NCBI RefSeq assembly: GCF_001458695.1
Contig: NZ_LN885086.1
Location: 240,001 to 272,000 of the forward strand
Length of the DNA: 32,000 bases
Reading direction: 5' to 3'
Source: Candidatus Nitrospira inopinata
GTDB lineage: Bacteria > Nitrospirota > Nitrospiria > Nitrospirales > Nitrospiraceae
In this document: piece after piece, positions 6,250-13,850 of the stretch
How the letters are laid out: every line of letters begins with the position of its first letter
How positions within the stretch are numbered: position 1 is the first letter of the stretch
Notes under the pieces: model-generated
What the model saw: only the letters and a program-made list of their open reading frames with translations
What the model was told of the DNA's origin: nothing
Database searches by the model: none
Made by a program: the position numbers and the translations under genes

Positions 6250-6790
6250 GCCCCCGGCCCTCAATCCTCTTTGCGTCGCCCCTCCTCGCCTCGCCTCTCC
6301 TCGCGTCGCCTCGTTGCCCCGCTGTTCGCCGTCGCCCTCCGGTCCGCTCCTCCTCCCGCTCCTCCTCCCTCGCCCCCGCAACCGGTTCCCCCGCCCCATC
6401 TTCCCCAGCCCCATCGCGCTTATCGGACTCATCGGGCCTCTCCATTTTCTCATTAATAAGATCTAGACTCTTCCTCTGACTCTTCTCCATGACTCTTCCA
6501 TGACTCCATGACGGCTCTGACGGCTGACCCGCTAGGGCCCTGCCGCGACGGGCTCTTCTCTTGCCCCCGGCTCGCCGCTGCTGCTCGCCCCCACGTCAGC
6601 CCGCGCTTCTGCTCCTGCCGCGCTCCGCCCTGCTCTTCTCCCTGCTTCCTTCTTCCCTGCTCTTCTCTGTCCCTCCCGCTCGCTTCTCTGTAACTCCTCT
6701 CGCTCGGCCGGCCCGCTCCCGCTTCTGGCCTCACACGGGCCTCACCCCTATCATTCCCCTAGGAGATGTCCCATGCCCCTTTCCTCTCAT
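6241..6790. repeat. ~540-nt polypyrimidine (+ strand) / polypurine (- strand) low-complexity tract
   Basis: Hand count gives about 145 purines in 540 nt on the + strand (~73% pyrimidine). Purines drop to ~18-23% in 6241..6420 and 6601..6720. It contains the direct repeat CCCTGCTCTTCTC at 6628..6640 and 6655..6667, and CCTCGCC/CTCCTCC reiterations. All six-frame ORFs here translate to low-complexity R/G/E or P/S/L peptides. Confidence 0.8.
6465..6528 (+). repeat. Cluster of six degenerate direct repeats with core TGAC ((CA)TGAC(TC)), next to an AT-rich core
   Basis: TGAC occurs at 6477, 6490, 6501, 6509, 6518 and 6525, with spacings of 13, 11, 8, 9 and 7 nt. Three copies read CCATGACTC. The cluster follows the AT-rich segment 6441..6470 (tccattttctcattaataagatctagactc). 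Confidence 0.5.
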
Positions 6791-6806
6791 GACTGGGGAC
6801 TGTCAA

Positions 6807-6824
6807 CCCCCTTGTTTTGGGGGG
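6807..6824 (-). terminator. Candidate terminator hairpin downstream of the SNase-like gene
   Basis: Minus strand reads CCCCCC-AAAACAA-GGGGG followed by UUG, about 45 nt after the stop at 6866. The stem is only 5-6 bp and the U-tail is weak. Confidence 0.3.
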
Positions 6825-6865
6825 CGCTTCAATGCAGGCTGGCTGGATTCCCAAATGACCGGTTG

Positions 6866-7723
6866 TCAACCATTCGCCTCTCTCCTCTCGTTGTAGCCGC
6901 ACCGGCACCGGCGGCCGGCCTTCCCTATCACGCGAATGTGTTCCGGCCATTCCGTCAGGCGCACGGTATCACCCCGCACTTCGACGAGATCGTGGAGTCC
7001 CCGTTCCTCCATGATGGGGAGAATATCCACTCGTTCATTGCGACGTTCCAGGAAGGTGACGAAGCCGGCGAGCGATCTGGCCTGGCGGAGAAATTCCTCC
7101 AATCGACGCCAGAGCTTGGGCCAGATGGGTGCAATGGCGGCCAGATCCTTGTAGCCGGTGATCGTGACCCCGGTGAGGGTGCGATCGAGAGGCCAATACC
7201 CCACCTTGTTCTTTTTGGCGTGGGCCACGGCCTTATCGATCTCTTCTCGGAACGTCGCAAAGAGCGTGTTGTAGTAAAGCGGATAGGCAAAGCCGGCCTT
7301 GGCCTGCTTGACATTGACCGATTGCCGCAACCAGGCACGATCGAGTCGCACCGCCGAGCCATCCTTTTGGGACGTCGTGCCGGCAAACACAAAGGCAATC
7401 GGTCGCCCGGAGGTATCGTCGGTCATCCGGGCCAAAATGTACCCGACCGGCTCGGGGTTCGTCCGGCGGTCAAAGCCGATCAGCCGAAGCATGTGATCCC
7501 GTGCTTGCGTGGAAAGGGGCTTGATCGCCATCTTTTCGATAGCGTCGATTCCTTCAAACCGCAATTGAACCGTGCCCTTGTTGTGGGCGCCTCGACCGAT
7601 TTCCGGCGGCTTGCCTTCCAGTCGTCTCCACAACTTGAGGTCATTTGCCAGGAAGCGGACCGAGTCTCCATCGGGAATACCAGCCAGCGGCTTGAATCGG
7701 CCCTTGATGAGAGTAAAGGGCAT
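6866..7723 (-). CDS. Staphylococcal-nuclease (SNase/thermonuclease) fold protein with an unassigned ~100-aa C-terminal domain and no signal peptide
   Basis: 285 aa. It aligns by eye to SNase: PDGDSVRF, VQLRFEGIDAIE, DDTSGRPIAFVF, AKAGFAYPLYY, AHAKKNKVGYWP. AGGAGG lies 5 nt upstream of ATG 7723, and the gene has its own promoter. Confidence 0.8.
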   Translation of the reverse strand: MPFTLIKGRFKPLAGIPDGDSVRFLANDLKLWRRLEGKPPEIGRGAHNKGTVQLRFEGIDAIEKMAIKPLSTQARDHMLRLIGFDRRTNPEPVGYILARMTDDTSGRPIAFVFAGTTSQKDGSAVRLDRAWLRQSVNVKQAKAGFAYPLYYNTLFATFREEIDKAVAHAKKNKVGYWPLDRTLTGVTITGYKDLAAIAPIWPKLWRRLEEFLRQARSLAGFVTFLERRNERVDILPIMEERGLHDLVEVRGDTVRLTEWPEHIRVIGKAGRRCRCGYNERREANG

Positions 7724-7759
7724 GGGAGCCTCCTTTCAGCGAGAGGAAGAAGGGCGAGT

Positions 7760-7787
7760 AGTATACTTTACTTATGATGGCCTGCAA
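7760..7787 (-). promoter_or_regulatory. Sigma70-type promoter candidate for the SNase-like gene
   Basis: Minus strand reads TTGCAG (7787..7782), 16 nt, TATACT (7765..7760), about 35 nt upstream of the ATG. Confidence 0.45.
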
Positions 7788-7850
7788 GTCGTTCGTCGCA
7801 AGCGTAGCCGTAACAGGATACGGTCGAGGATGGCGCTTGCGCGGGGACGG

Positions 7851-8942
7851 TCAGACATTGAACCGGAAATAGACGATATCGCCTTCCTGGATCACGTAGT
7901 CCTTCCCTTCGAGGCGGAAGAGGCCCTTTTCTTTCACCTTGGCTTCGGAGCCGCAGGCAATCAGGTCATCATAGTGATAGACCTCGGCGCGGATGAACCC
8001 CCGTTCCATGTCCGAATGGATTTTGCCCGCCGCCTGCGGGGCCTTGGTGCCGCGCGGAATGGGCCAGGCCCGCGATTCGGTTTCTCCGGCGGTGAAGAAG
8101 GTGACGAGGTTGAGCAGTCCGTAGGCTTCGCGCGCGAGCCGGGCGAGGCCTGATTCGGCCATTCCCAGTTCTTTGAGAAAGGCCGCCCGTTCGGCTTCCG
8201 GCAACGATGCCACCTCCGCCTCAAGCTGGCCGCAGAGGACCACGACTCCGGCGTCGCGTTTCGCGGCGAACTCGCGCACGGCCTGCGCCATCGCATCGTC
8301 GGCTTGTTGACCTTCGGAGACGTTGGCCACGAACAACACCGGCTTGGCGGCAAGGAGCTGACACTCATTGAGAATCAGCCGCTCATCCGGCGTGTAGGTT
8401 ACATTGCCGAGCCACTCCCCTTTGTTGAGTTGGTCCATCAACCGCCCGAGAAACTCCAGTTCGAACGCCGCCTTCTTGTCGCCGGCCCGGACCTTCTTTT
8501 CCGTTTTTTGTTTGCGCCGCTCGAGCGTCTCCAGGTCGGCCAACATCAATTCGGTTTCGATGACCCCGATGTCGCGAAGGGGATCGACGGTTCCGCTCAC
8601 GTGAACCACCTCGGTCCCCTGAAAACAGCGCACGATGTGCAGCAGCGCGTCCACCTCGCGAATATGGCCTAAAAACTGATTGCCGAGCCCTTCGCCCTTG
8701 CTCGCCCCTTCGACCAATCCGGCGATGTCCCGCACTTCCAGCGTGCTGTAGGTGGTTTTTTTTGACTTGAAGATGGCGGTGAGAACGTTCAATCGCGGAT
8801 CGGGCACCAACGCGATGCCGGTATTCGGATCGACGGTCGCGAACGGGTAATTGGCCGCCAACGCGCCGCCGCCGGTCAGCGCATTGAAGACCGTCGTCTT
8901 GCCGACGTTCGGCAGCCCGATCATGCCGCAACAAAGTCCCAT
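7851..8942 (-). CDS. ychF: Ribosome-binding / redox-regulated ATPase YchF
   Basis: 363 aa starting MGLCCGMIGLPNVGKTTVFNALT (G1 motif), with a C-terminal TGS-like end ...GKDYVIQEGDIVYFRFNV. Confidence 0.95.
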   Translation of the reverse strand: MGLCCGMIGLPNVGKTTVFNALTGGGALAANYPFATVDPNTGIALVPDPRLNVLTAIFKSKKTTYSTLEVRDIAGLVEGASKGEGLGNQFLGHIREVDALLHIVRCFQGTEVVHVSGTVDPLRDIGVIETELMLADLETLERRKQKTEKKVRAGDKKAAFELEFLGRLMDQLNKGEWLGNVTYTPDERLILNECQLLAAKPVLFVANVSEGQQADDAMAQAVREFAAKRDAGVVVLCGQLEAEVASLPEAERAAFLKELGMAESGLARLAREAYGLLNLVTFFTAGETESRAWPIPRGTKAPQAAGKIHSDMERGFIRAEVYHYDDLIACGSEAKVKEKGLFRLEGKDYVIQEGDIVYFRFNV

Positions 8943-9007
8943 GCCGTGAGATTCGACGGTTCGGAAGTTTCCCCTGTCAAGCTTGAACGCTCAACGGGAG
9001 GAATCTT

Positions 9008-9592
9008 TCACGACTCGCCGCGTTCCTTTCCTTCCCGCACGTTGAACCGGTTCATCGCCGCCGCCGCGCCTCTGTGGATCACACACTCCAAGGCGTCCAC
9101 CGCCCGCTCGACGCAAGATTCCAGCGCGTCCCTTTCATCGGCCGTGACGGACTCCAACACATAGTCGGCGGGGTTTTGACCCGGCGCCGGGCGGCCGATC
9201 CCGATTTTGATCCGCACGAACCGAGACGTCCCGAGCGCCTCGATCACGGATCGCACCCCGTTGTGCCCGCCGTGCCCCCCGTCGGATTTGACGCGGAGTC
9301 GCCCGGGCTCCAGGTCGAGATCGTCGTGGATGAGAATGAGATCGTCGGGCGTCAGGTTCAGCTCTCGCAGGAGGCCTTTCAGGGGAGGCCCTGTGACATT
9401 CATCCAATCGAGCAAGCCGGCCAACGTGACCGGCTCCGATCCGAGCCGTCCGGTTCCGATTCGAGCGGCCTGTCGTGGTTTGAGAGAGATCGCCCATCGA
9501 GCGGCGGCCCGCTCGATCACCCACATGCCGACATTGTGACGGGTCCTGGCGTAAGCTGGTCCGGGATTGCCCAATCCGACGAGGAGGCGCAA
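9008..9592 (-). CDS. pth: Peptidyl-tRNA hydrolase
   Basis: MRLLVGLGNPGPAYARTRHNVG...GHGGHNGVRS. Located in the ctc-pth order. Confidence 0.95.
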   Translation of the reverse strand: MRLLVGLGNPGPAYARTRHNVGMWVIERAAARWAISLKPRQAARIGTGRLGSEPVTLAGLLDWMNVTGPPLKGLLRELNLTPDDLILIHDDLDLEPGRLRVKSDGGHGGHNGVRSVIEALGTSRFVRIKIGIGRPAPGQNPADYVLESVTADERDALESCVERAVDALECVIHRGAAAAMNRFNVREGKERGES

Positions 9593-9594
9593 CG

Positions 9595-10362
9595 TTACTT
9601 CTTCTTTTCAGCCTCTTTCTTTTCCGCCTTGGGCGCCGCTTCCTTCTTTTCTGCGGCCTTTCCTTCTCCGGCGGCTGCCCCGGCCTTGGCCGCTTCGGCG
9701 CCGGCGCCTTCACCCGCCGCCTCCTTGCCCTTGGCGATGACCTCGGGCTCCGCTCCCGCCGCGGCTCCGCTGGTCAGAAGGGCTTCGAGCTTGGCATCGG
9801 AGAGGGGCGCCGCCACGCTCACCACCATTTGCTCGGCATCGTCTAACAGTCGAATGCCCTCGCTCACCGTGAGCTCTTTGACATGGATGCCGCTTCCAAT
9901 GGTCAACGCGGATGCATCGACTTCAATGTGATCCGGCAAGGCCGACGGCAGGCATTCGATGTACAATTCGCGCAGATTATGATGCAACACGCCCCCTTCC
10001 TTGACGCCGACGGGGGTGCCGCCGACGACTTGAATCGGGACCTTGACCCGAATCGGCTTGCTCATCGACACTTCAAAAAGGTCGGCGTGCAGCACGGTTC
10101 CGCTCACCGGGTCAAGCTGATAATCACGCAGCAGCGCCGTCCGGTTGGGATTGGACTTCGCCCCTTCGATGGTCAACGCGATCAACGCCGAACTGCCGGC
10201 ATGAGACTTCAAAATTTTCATCAACGAGGTCGGACTCACGGACAACAACATGCACTCGCCTTGCCCATACAACACCGCCGGAATTTTGCCCGCTCGGCGC
10301 ATGGCCCTGGCCACGCCTTTTCCCGCCTGCTCTCTCACCGTCGCTGCCAGCTCGAACTTCAT
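9595..10362 (-). CDS. rplY: 50S ribosomal protein L25 / general stress protein Ctc, with an Ala/Glu/Lys-rich C-terminal tail
   Basis: L25 N-domain (ARAMRRAGKIPAVLYGQGE) plus the Ctc beta-domain. AAGGAG lies 4 nt upstream of the ATG. The tail reads ...GEGKAAEKKEAAPKAEKKEAEKKK. Confidence 0.9.
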   Translation of the reverse strand: MKFELAATVREQAGKGVARAMRRAGKIPAVLYGQGECMLLSVSPTSLMKILKSHAGSSALIALTIEGAKSNPNRTALLRDYQLDPVSGTVLHADLFEVSMSKPIRVKVPIQVVGGTPVGVKEGGVLHHNLRELYIECLPSALPDHIEVDASALTIGSGIHVKELTVSEGIRLLDDAEQMVVSVAAPLSDAKLEALLTSGAAAGAEPEVIAKGKEAAGEGAGAEAAKAGAAAGEGKAAEKKEAAPKAEKKEAEKKK

Positions 10363-10409
10363 GATGCTCCTTTACTCCCTTCCGTGGCCGAAATCTCCGC
10401 CCACAGAGC

Positions 10410-11351
10410 CTACGCAAAGAGTGAACTGACCGATTCGTCCTCATGGATGCGTCGGATGGCTTCTCCCAGGAGAGGCGCAACCGACAATTGATGAAGTTTG
10501 GGGCACACCCGTTCCTTTCCCTGCAACGGAATGGTGTTGGTCGTCACGACCTGAGCGATGCAAGAATCCCGCAATCGTTCCAAGGCGGGCCCGGACAACA
10601 CGGCGTGCGTGCAAGCCGTCCAGACCTCTCTCGCGCCTTGATCGGCGCAGGCCTGCGCCCCCTGCACGATCGTGCCGGCCGTGTCGATCATGTCGTCAAG
10701 CAAAAGGACGCTTTTGCCCCTCACGTCGCCGATGATGTTCATCACCTGGGCTTGATTCGGCCCTTCCCTTCGTTTGTCGATGATCGCGAGCGTCGCCTGC
10801 ACCCGCTTGGCGAAGGCCCTCGCCCGCTCCACTCCACCGGCGTCGGGAGAGACCAGCACCAAATCGTCGATCTTCCGCTTTTGAATGTATTCCAACAACA
10901 CCGGCATGGCGTAGAGATGATCCACCGGCACGTTGAAGAAGCCTTGAATCTGTCCGGCGTGCAGATCCATCGTCAGCACGCGGTCCGCGCCCGCCGTGGT
11001 GATCAGATCGGCGACCAACTTGGCGGTGATCGGCACGCGCGGCTGGTCTTTACGATCCTGGCGGGCGTAACCGAAATACGGGATGACGGCGGTGATGCGA
11101 TTGGCCGACGACCGTTTGAGCGCGTCGATGATGATCAACAGCTCCATCAACGAATCGTTGACCGGATGACAACAGGACTGCACGACGAACACGTCCGCGC
11201 CGCGCACGTTTTCTTCGATTTTGACCCGAATCTCTCCGTCGCTGAACGAGGAGACCGTCGCCTCTCCGAGCTTCTGCCCCAGATACGCGCAAATTTCCTG
11301 GGCGAGCGCGAGATTGGCGTTGCCGGAGAAAATTTTCAACTCTCTGTTCAT
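10410..11351 (-). CDS. prs: Ribose-phosphate pyrophosphokinase
   Basis: Trimmed from ORF 10410..11456 to ATG 11351 ([20 protein letters not shown]). Motifs [22 protein letters not shown] and DDMIDTAGT are present. Confidence 0.9.
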   Translation of the reverse strand: MNRELKIFSGNANLALAQEICAYLGQKLGEATVSSFSDGEIRVKIEENVRGADVFVVQSCCHPVNDSLMELLIIIDALKRSSANRITAVIPYFGYARQDRKDQPRVPITAKLVADLITTAGADRVLTMDLHAGQIQGFFNVPVDHLYAMPVLLEYIQKRKIDDLVLVSPDAGGVERARAFAKRVQATLAIIDKRREGPNQAQVMNIIGDVRGKSVLLLDDMIDTAGTIVQGAQACADQGAREVWTACTHAVLSGPALERLRDSCIAQVVTTNTIPLQGKERVCPKLHQLSVAPLLGEAIRRIHEDESVSSLFA

Positions 11352-11521
11352 GGGGCGTTCCGGAATCGTCCGATCGGAGATCGTTTTCGGAGCCGGGCTT
11401 CGTGACTCTTTTTCGTCGTTACACGGCGAGCACCGGGATTTCCCCGGCCTCTCCACGCTTCGCCTGGCGCGCAGAGAAAAGGAAAACGCCTGCCGACTCT
11501 ATCGAAAATCTCCGGCGGCTG

Positions 11522-12472
11522 TCAACTGACTCCTGCGCCGGACGTTGACGGAAAGCGGTGTCCCTCACCACGCCCCGTGACCGCGGCAAAGACCTTGTCC
11601 CTGGCGTCGGCCGGATAGTCGCTCGCGGCTTGCCTGGCCTTGCGCTCATCAGGAAACACGCCGAAGACCGTGGCGCCGCTGCCGGACAGCAGGGCGGCTT
11701 CGGCGCCCAGTTTCAGAAGCGTGTGTTTGATAACTTGGAGAGCGGGGTAGGTTTCAAACACCGGCGCCTCAAAGTCGTTCTCGGCTTTCTCAAGGACCTG
11801 TTCCCATGAAAGTCGCCGTTCCCGCCCGAGTGACGCATGGGCGTCGGAGAGCGGCCGGACGTGGGTGCGGCGGGAAGCCAGTGTTTGATAAGCCCACTTG
11901 GTTTCAACCGAGAAACCGGGATAGACGAGCACGACTCCTCGCTCCCCCGCAAGCTGAACGGAGCGAACCTCTTCCCCTCTCCCCGTCACGACGGCGGTGG
12001 GAGCGAAAAAAAAGAACGGCACGTCGCTTCCCAACGTTTGGCCGACCTGGGCCATGTCGGCCGCCGACCATTGCAAATCCAGCAATCGATTCAAGCCGAC
12101 GATCGTGGCGGCCGCGTCGCTGCTGCCTCCGCCCAACCCCGCTCCCATCGGAATTCGCTTGGTCAGCATGATCTCGACTCCGACTCTCCGGCGGCAGCGA
12201 AGCAACACCGCTTCTGCGGCTCGGTGGACCAGATTGGTTCGATCGGCGGCCAAGGAAGGATCGTCGCAGTGCAGTCGAATCCCGTTGTGATGTTCATCGA
12301 TCCGGAGAGAAACCTCGTCCTCCAACCCGACGGTCTGCATCACCGACCAGAGGTTGTGAAATCCGTCGGCGCGGCGGTCGAGTACGCGAAGGATCAGGTT
12401 CACTTTGGCCGGAGCCGAAACGGTCACGGCATAAGAAGAAGGCGGGCTTGATGCGGGGAGAGGCTTAGTCAC
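11522..12472 (-). CDS. ispE: 4-diphosphocytidyl-2-C-methyl-D-erythritol kinase
   Basis: APAKVNLILRVL...GFHNL and the GHMP motif PMGAGLGGGSSDAAA. GTG 12472 has AAGGAGG just upstream. It overlaps the response-regulator stop by 8 nt. Confidence 0.9.
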   Translation of the reverse strand: MTKPLPASSPPSSYAVTVSAPAKVNLILRVLDRRADGFHNLWSVMQTVGLEDEVSLRIDEHHNGIRLHCDDPSLAADRTNLVHRAAEAVLLRCRRRVGVEIMLTKRIPMGAGLGGGSSDAAATIVGLNRLLDLQWSAADMAQVGQTLGSDVPFFFFAPTAVVTGRGEEVRSVQLAGERGVVLVYPGFSVETKWAYQTLASRRTHVRPLSDAHASLGRERRLSWEQVLEKAENDFEAPVFETYPALQVIKHTLLKLGAEAALLSGSGATVFGVFPDERKARQAASDYPADARDKVFAAVTGRGEGHRFPSTSGAGVS

Positions 12473-13850
12473 GGCCTCCTTTTATAGCATACTTCTCCAA
12501 TCGATAGCGGAACGATCTGGTGTTGAGGCGAAGGAGCCGGGCCGCCTTTTTCTTGACCCATTTCGATCGCTCGAGCGCTTTCAACAGCAAATCTCTTTCG
12601 ATGCGGTTGACGAGCCCTTCGAGATCCACCCCCTCATCCGTCAATTCAAGGGGAACAAGCTGCTGCGGCTCCGGCGCGACGGGCCGATGGAGCCACCCCC
12701 GCACCTCCGCGTCGGTCACCGTCTCCCCCTTCGAAAAGGCGACCACCCGCTCGATCAGATTCTCCAGCTCGCGGACGTTGCCCCTCCATTCATGTTCCAA
12801 CAGCACGCGCATGGCGTCCGGGCTCAGCGTTGGAACCGACTTTCCGCTTTCCTTGGAGAACCGCTCAAGAAAATGGTCGACCAACAGGGGAATGTCGCCG
12901 GTCCGCATCCGCAGCGGCGGGAGCCGGATCGGGATGACGTCCAACCGATAATAGAGATCCTGCCGAAACGAACCGTCGGCAACCGCCTTTTCCAGATCCT
13001 TGTTCGTCGCGGCGACGATCCGGACGTCGACTTTGACGTCCTGATGCCCCCCTACTCGCCTGAACTCGCGCTCTTGAATGACCCGCAGCAGTTTCACTTG
13101 AATCGACGGAGGCGTATCGCCGATCTCGTCGAGAAAAATCGTCCCGCCGTTGGCCACTTCGAACAGCCCGGCTTTGTTGGAGACGGCGCCGGTGAACGAA
13201 CCCTTCATATGACCGAACAATTCACTCTCCAATAACGTCTCCGGCACGGCGCTGCAGTTGACGGCCACGAACGGCATGGCGCTCCTGGCGCTGTTGTAGT
13301 GAATCGCCCGTGCGACCAACTCTTTTCCGGTTCCGCTCTCGCCGCAGATCAAGACGTTGCTCCTTGAATCGGCCACCTTGCGAACGACGTCGAAGACTTT
13401 TTGCATCGCCTCGCTTTGCCCCACCAGTTGGGAAAAGGAAAACCGGCCCGCGATTTCGCGCTTGAGCAACATGTTCTCGGTCGTCAACCGCCGCTTCTCC
13501 AACGCGTTGCGGATGATCAGTTGCACCTCGTCGATCTGGAACGGCTTGGTCAGGTAATCGTAAGCGCCCTGCTTCATGGCTTCGACGGCGGATTCGGCCG
13601 TCGCGAATGCCGTAATCACCAACACGACCGTCTCCGGAGCCGCCGACTTGGCGGCTTTCAACACCTCCATACCGTCGATCTTGGGCATCCGCAGATCGGT
13701 GATCACCAGATCGAACATTTCCTTGTTCAAGATCTCCACGGCCTGCTCGCCGTCGGCCACGCTGGTGACGGTGTAACCGGTCCGTTTGAGCATGATGCTC
13801 AGCACGTCCCGCAAGCTTTCTTCGTCGTCGACGACTAGGATCTTTTCCAC
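12465..13850 (-). CDS. Sigma54-dependent (NtrC/Fis family) response regulator, PilR-like by context
   Basis: Trimmed to GTG 13850 (VEKILVVDDEE), with GAGGGG 8 nt upstream. It has a receiver domain (DLVITDLRMP), an AAA+ domain (GESGTGKE, GSFTGA, ESELFGH) and a C-terminal Fis-type HTH. It overlaps the kinase stop by 16 nt. Confidence 0.9.
   Translation of the reverse strand: MEKILVVDDEESLRDVLSIMLKRTGYTVTSVADGEQAVEILNKEMFDLVITDLRMPKIDGMEVLKAAKSAAPETVVLVITAFATAESAVEAMKQGAYDYLTKPFQIDEVQLIIRNALEKRRLTTENMLLKREIAGRFSFSQLVGQSEAMQKVFDVVRKVADSRSNVLICGESGTGKELVARAIHYNSARSAMPFVAVNCSAVPETLLESELFGHMKGSFTGAVSNKAGLFEVANGGTIFLDEIGDTPPSIQVKLLRVIQEREFRRVGGHQDVKVDVRIVAATNKDLEKAVADGSFRQDLYYRLDVIPIRLPPLRMRTGDIPLLVDHFLERFSKESGKSVPTLSPDAMRVLLEHEWRGNVRELENLIERVVAFSKGETVTDAEVRGWLHRPVAPEPQQLVPLELTDEGVDLEGLVNRIERDLLLKALERSKWVKKKAARLLRLNTRSFRYRLEKYAIKGGRD

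Noticed and set aside
5491-6456. 321-aa + strand ORF and the overlapping minus ORFs 5871..6236, 5999..6490 and 6031..6453
   Set aside because: The + ORF is P/R-rich, antisense to the HAF pseudogene, and runs into the pyrimidine tract. The minus ORFs are the three frames of the broken HAF gene plus low-complexity read-through of the purine-rich tract. They are not separate genes.
6453-6734. 93-aa minus-strand ORF (R/E/G/Q-rich) inside the purine-rich tract
   Set aside because: The composition simply mirrors the polypurine DNA. It has no SD and no plausible fold. It is kept only as an unlikely alternative explanation for the tract.
6773-7777. 334-aa + strand ORF
   Set aside because: It is antisense to the SNase-like gene, which has clear family similarity, a strong SD and a promoter. 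The + frame has none of these.
4196-7850. Mobile-element boundaries (att sites, inverted repeats, integrase or transposase remnants) around the islet
   Set aside because: I found no flanking direct or inverted repeats beyond chance 5-6-mers, and no recombinase-like ORF in any frame. The islet is therefore described only as accessory or hypervariable.
8951-8980. TTGACA-18-TCGAAT upstream of ychF
   Set aside because: The -10 is weak and the predicted TSS would fall about 2 nt before the ATG. Read-through from pth is a simpler explanation. Not reported as a feature.
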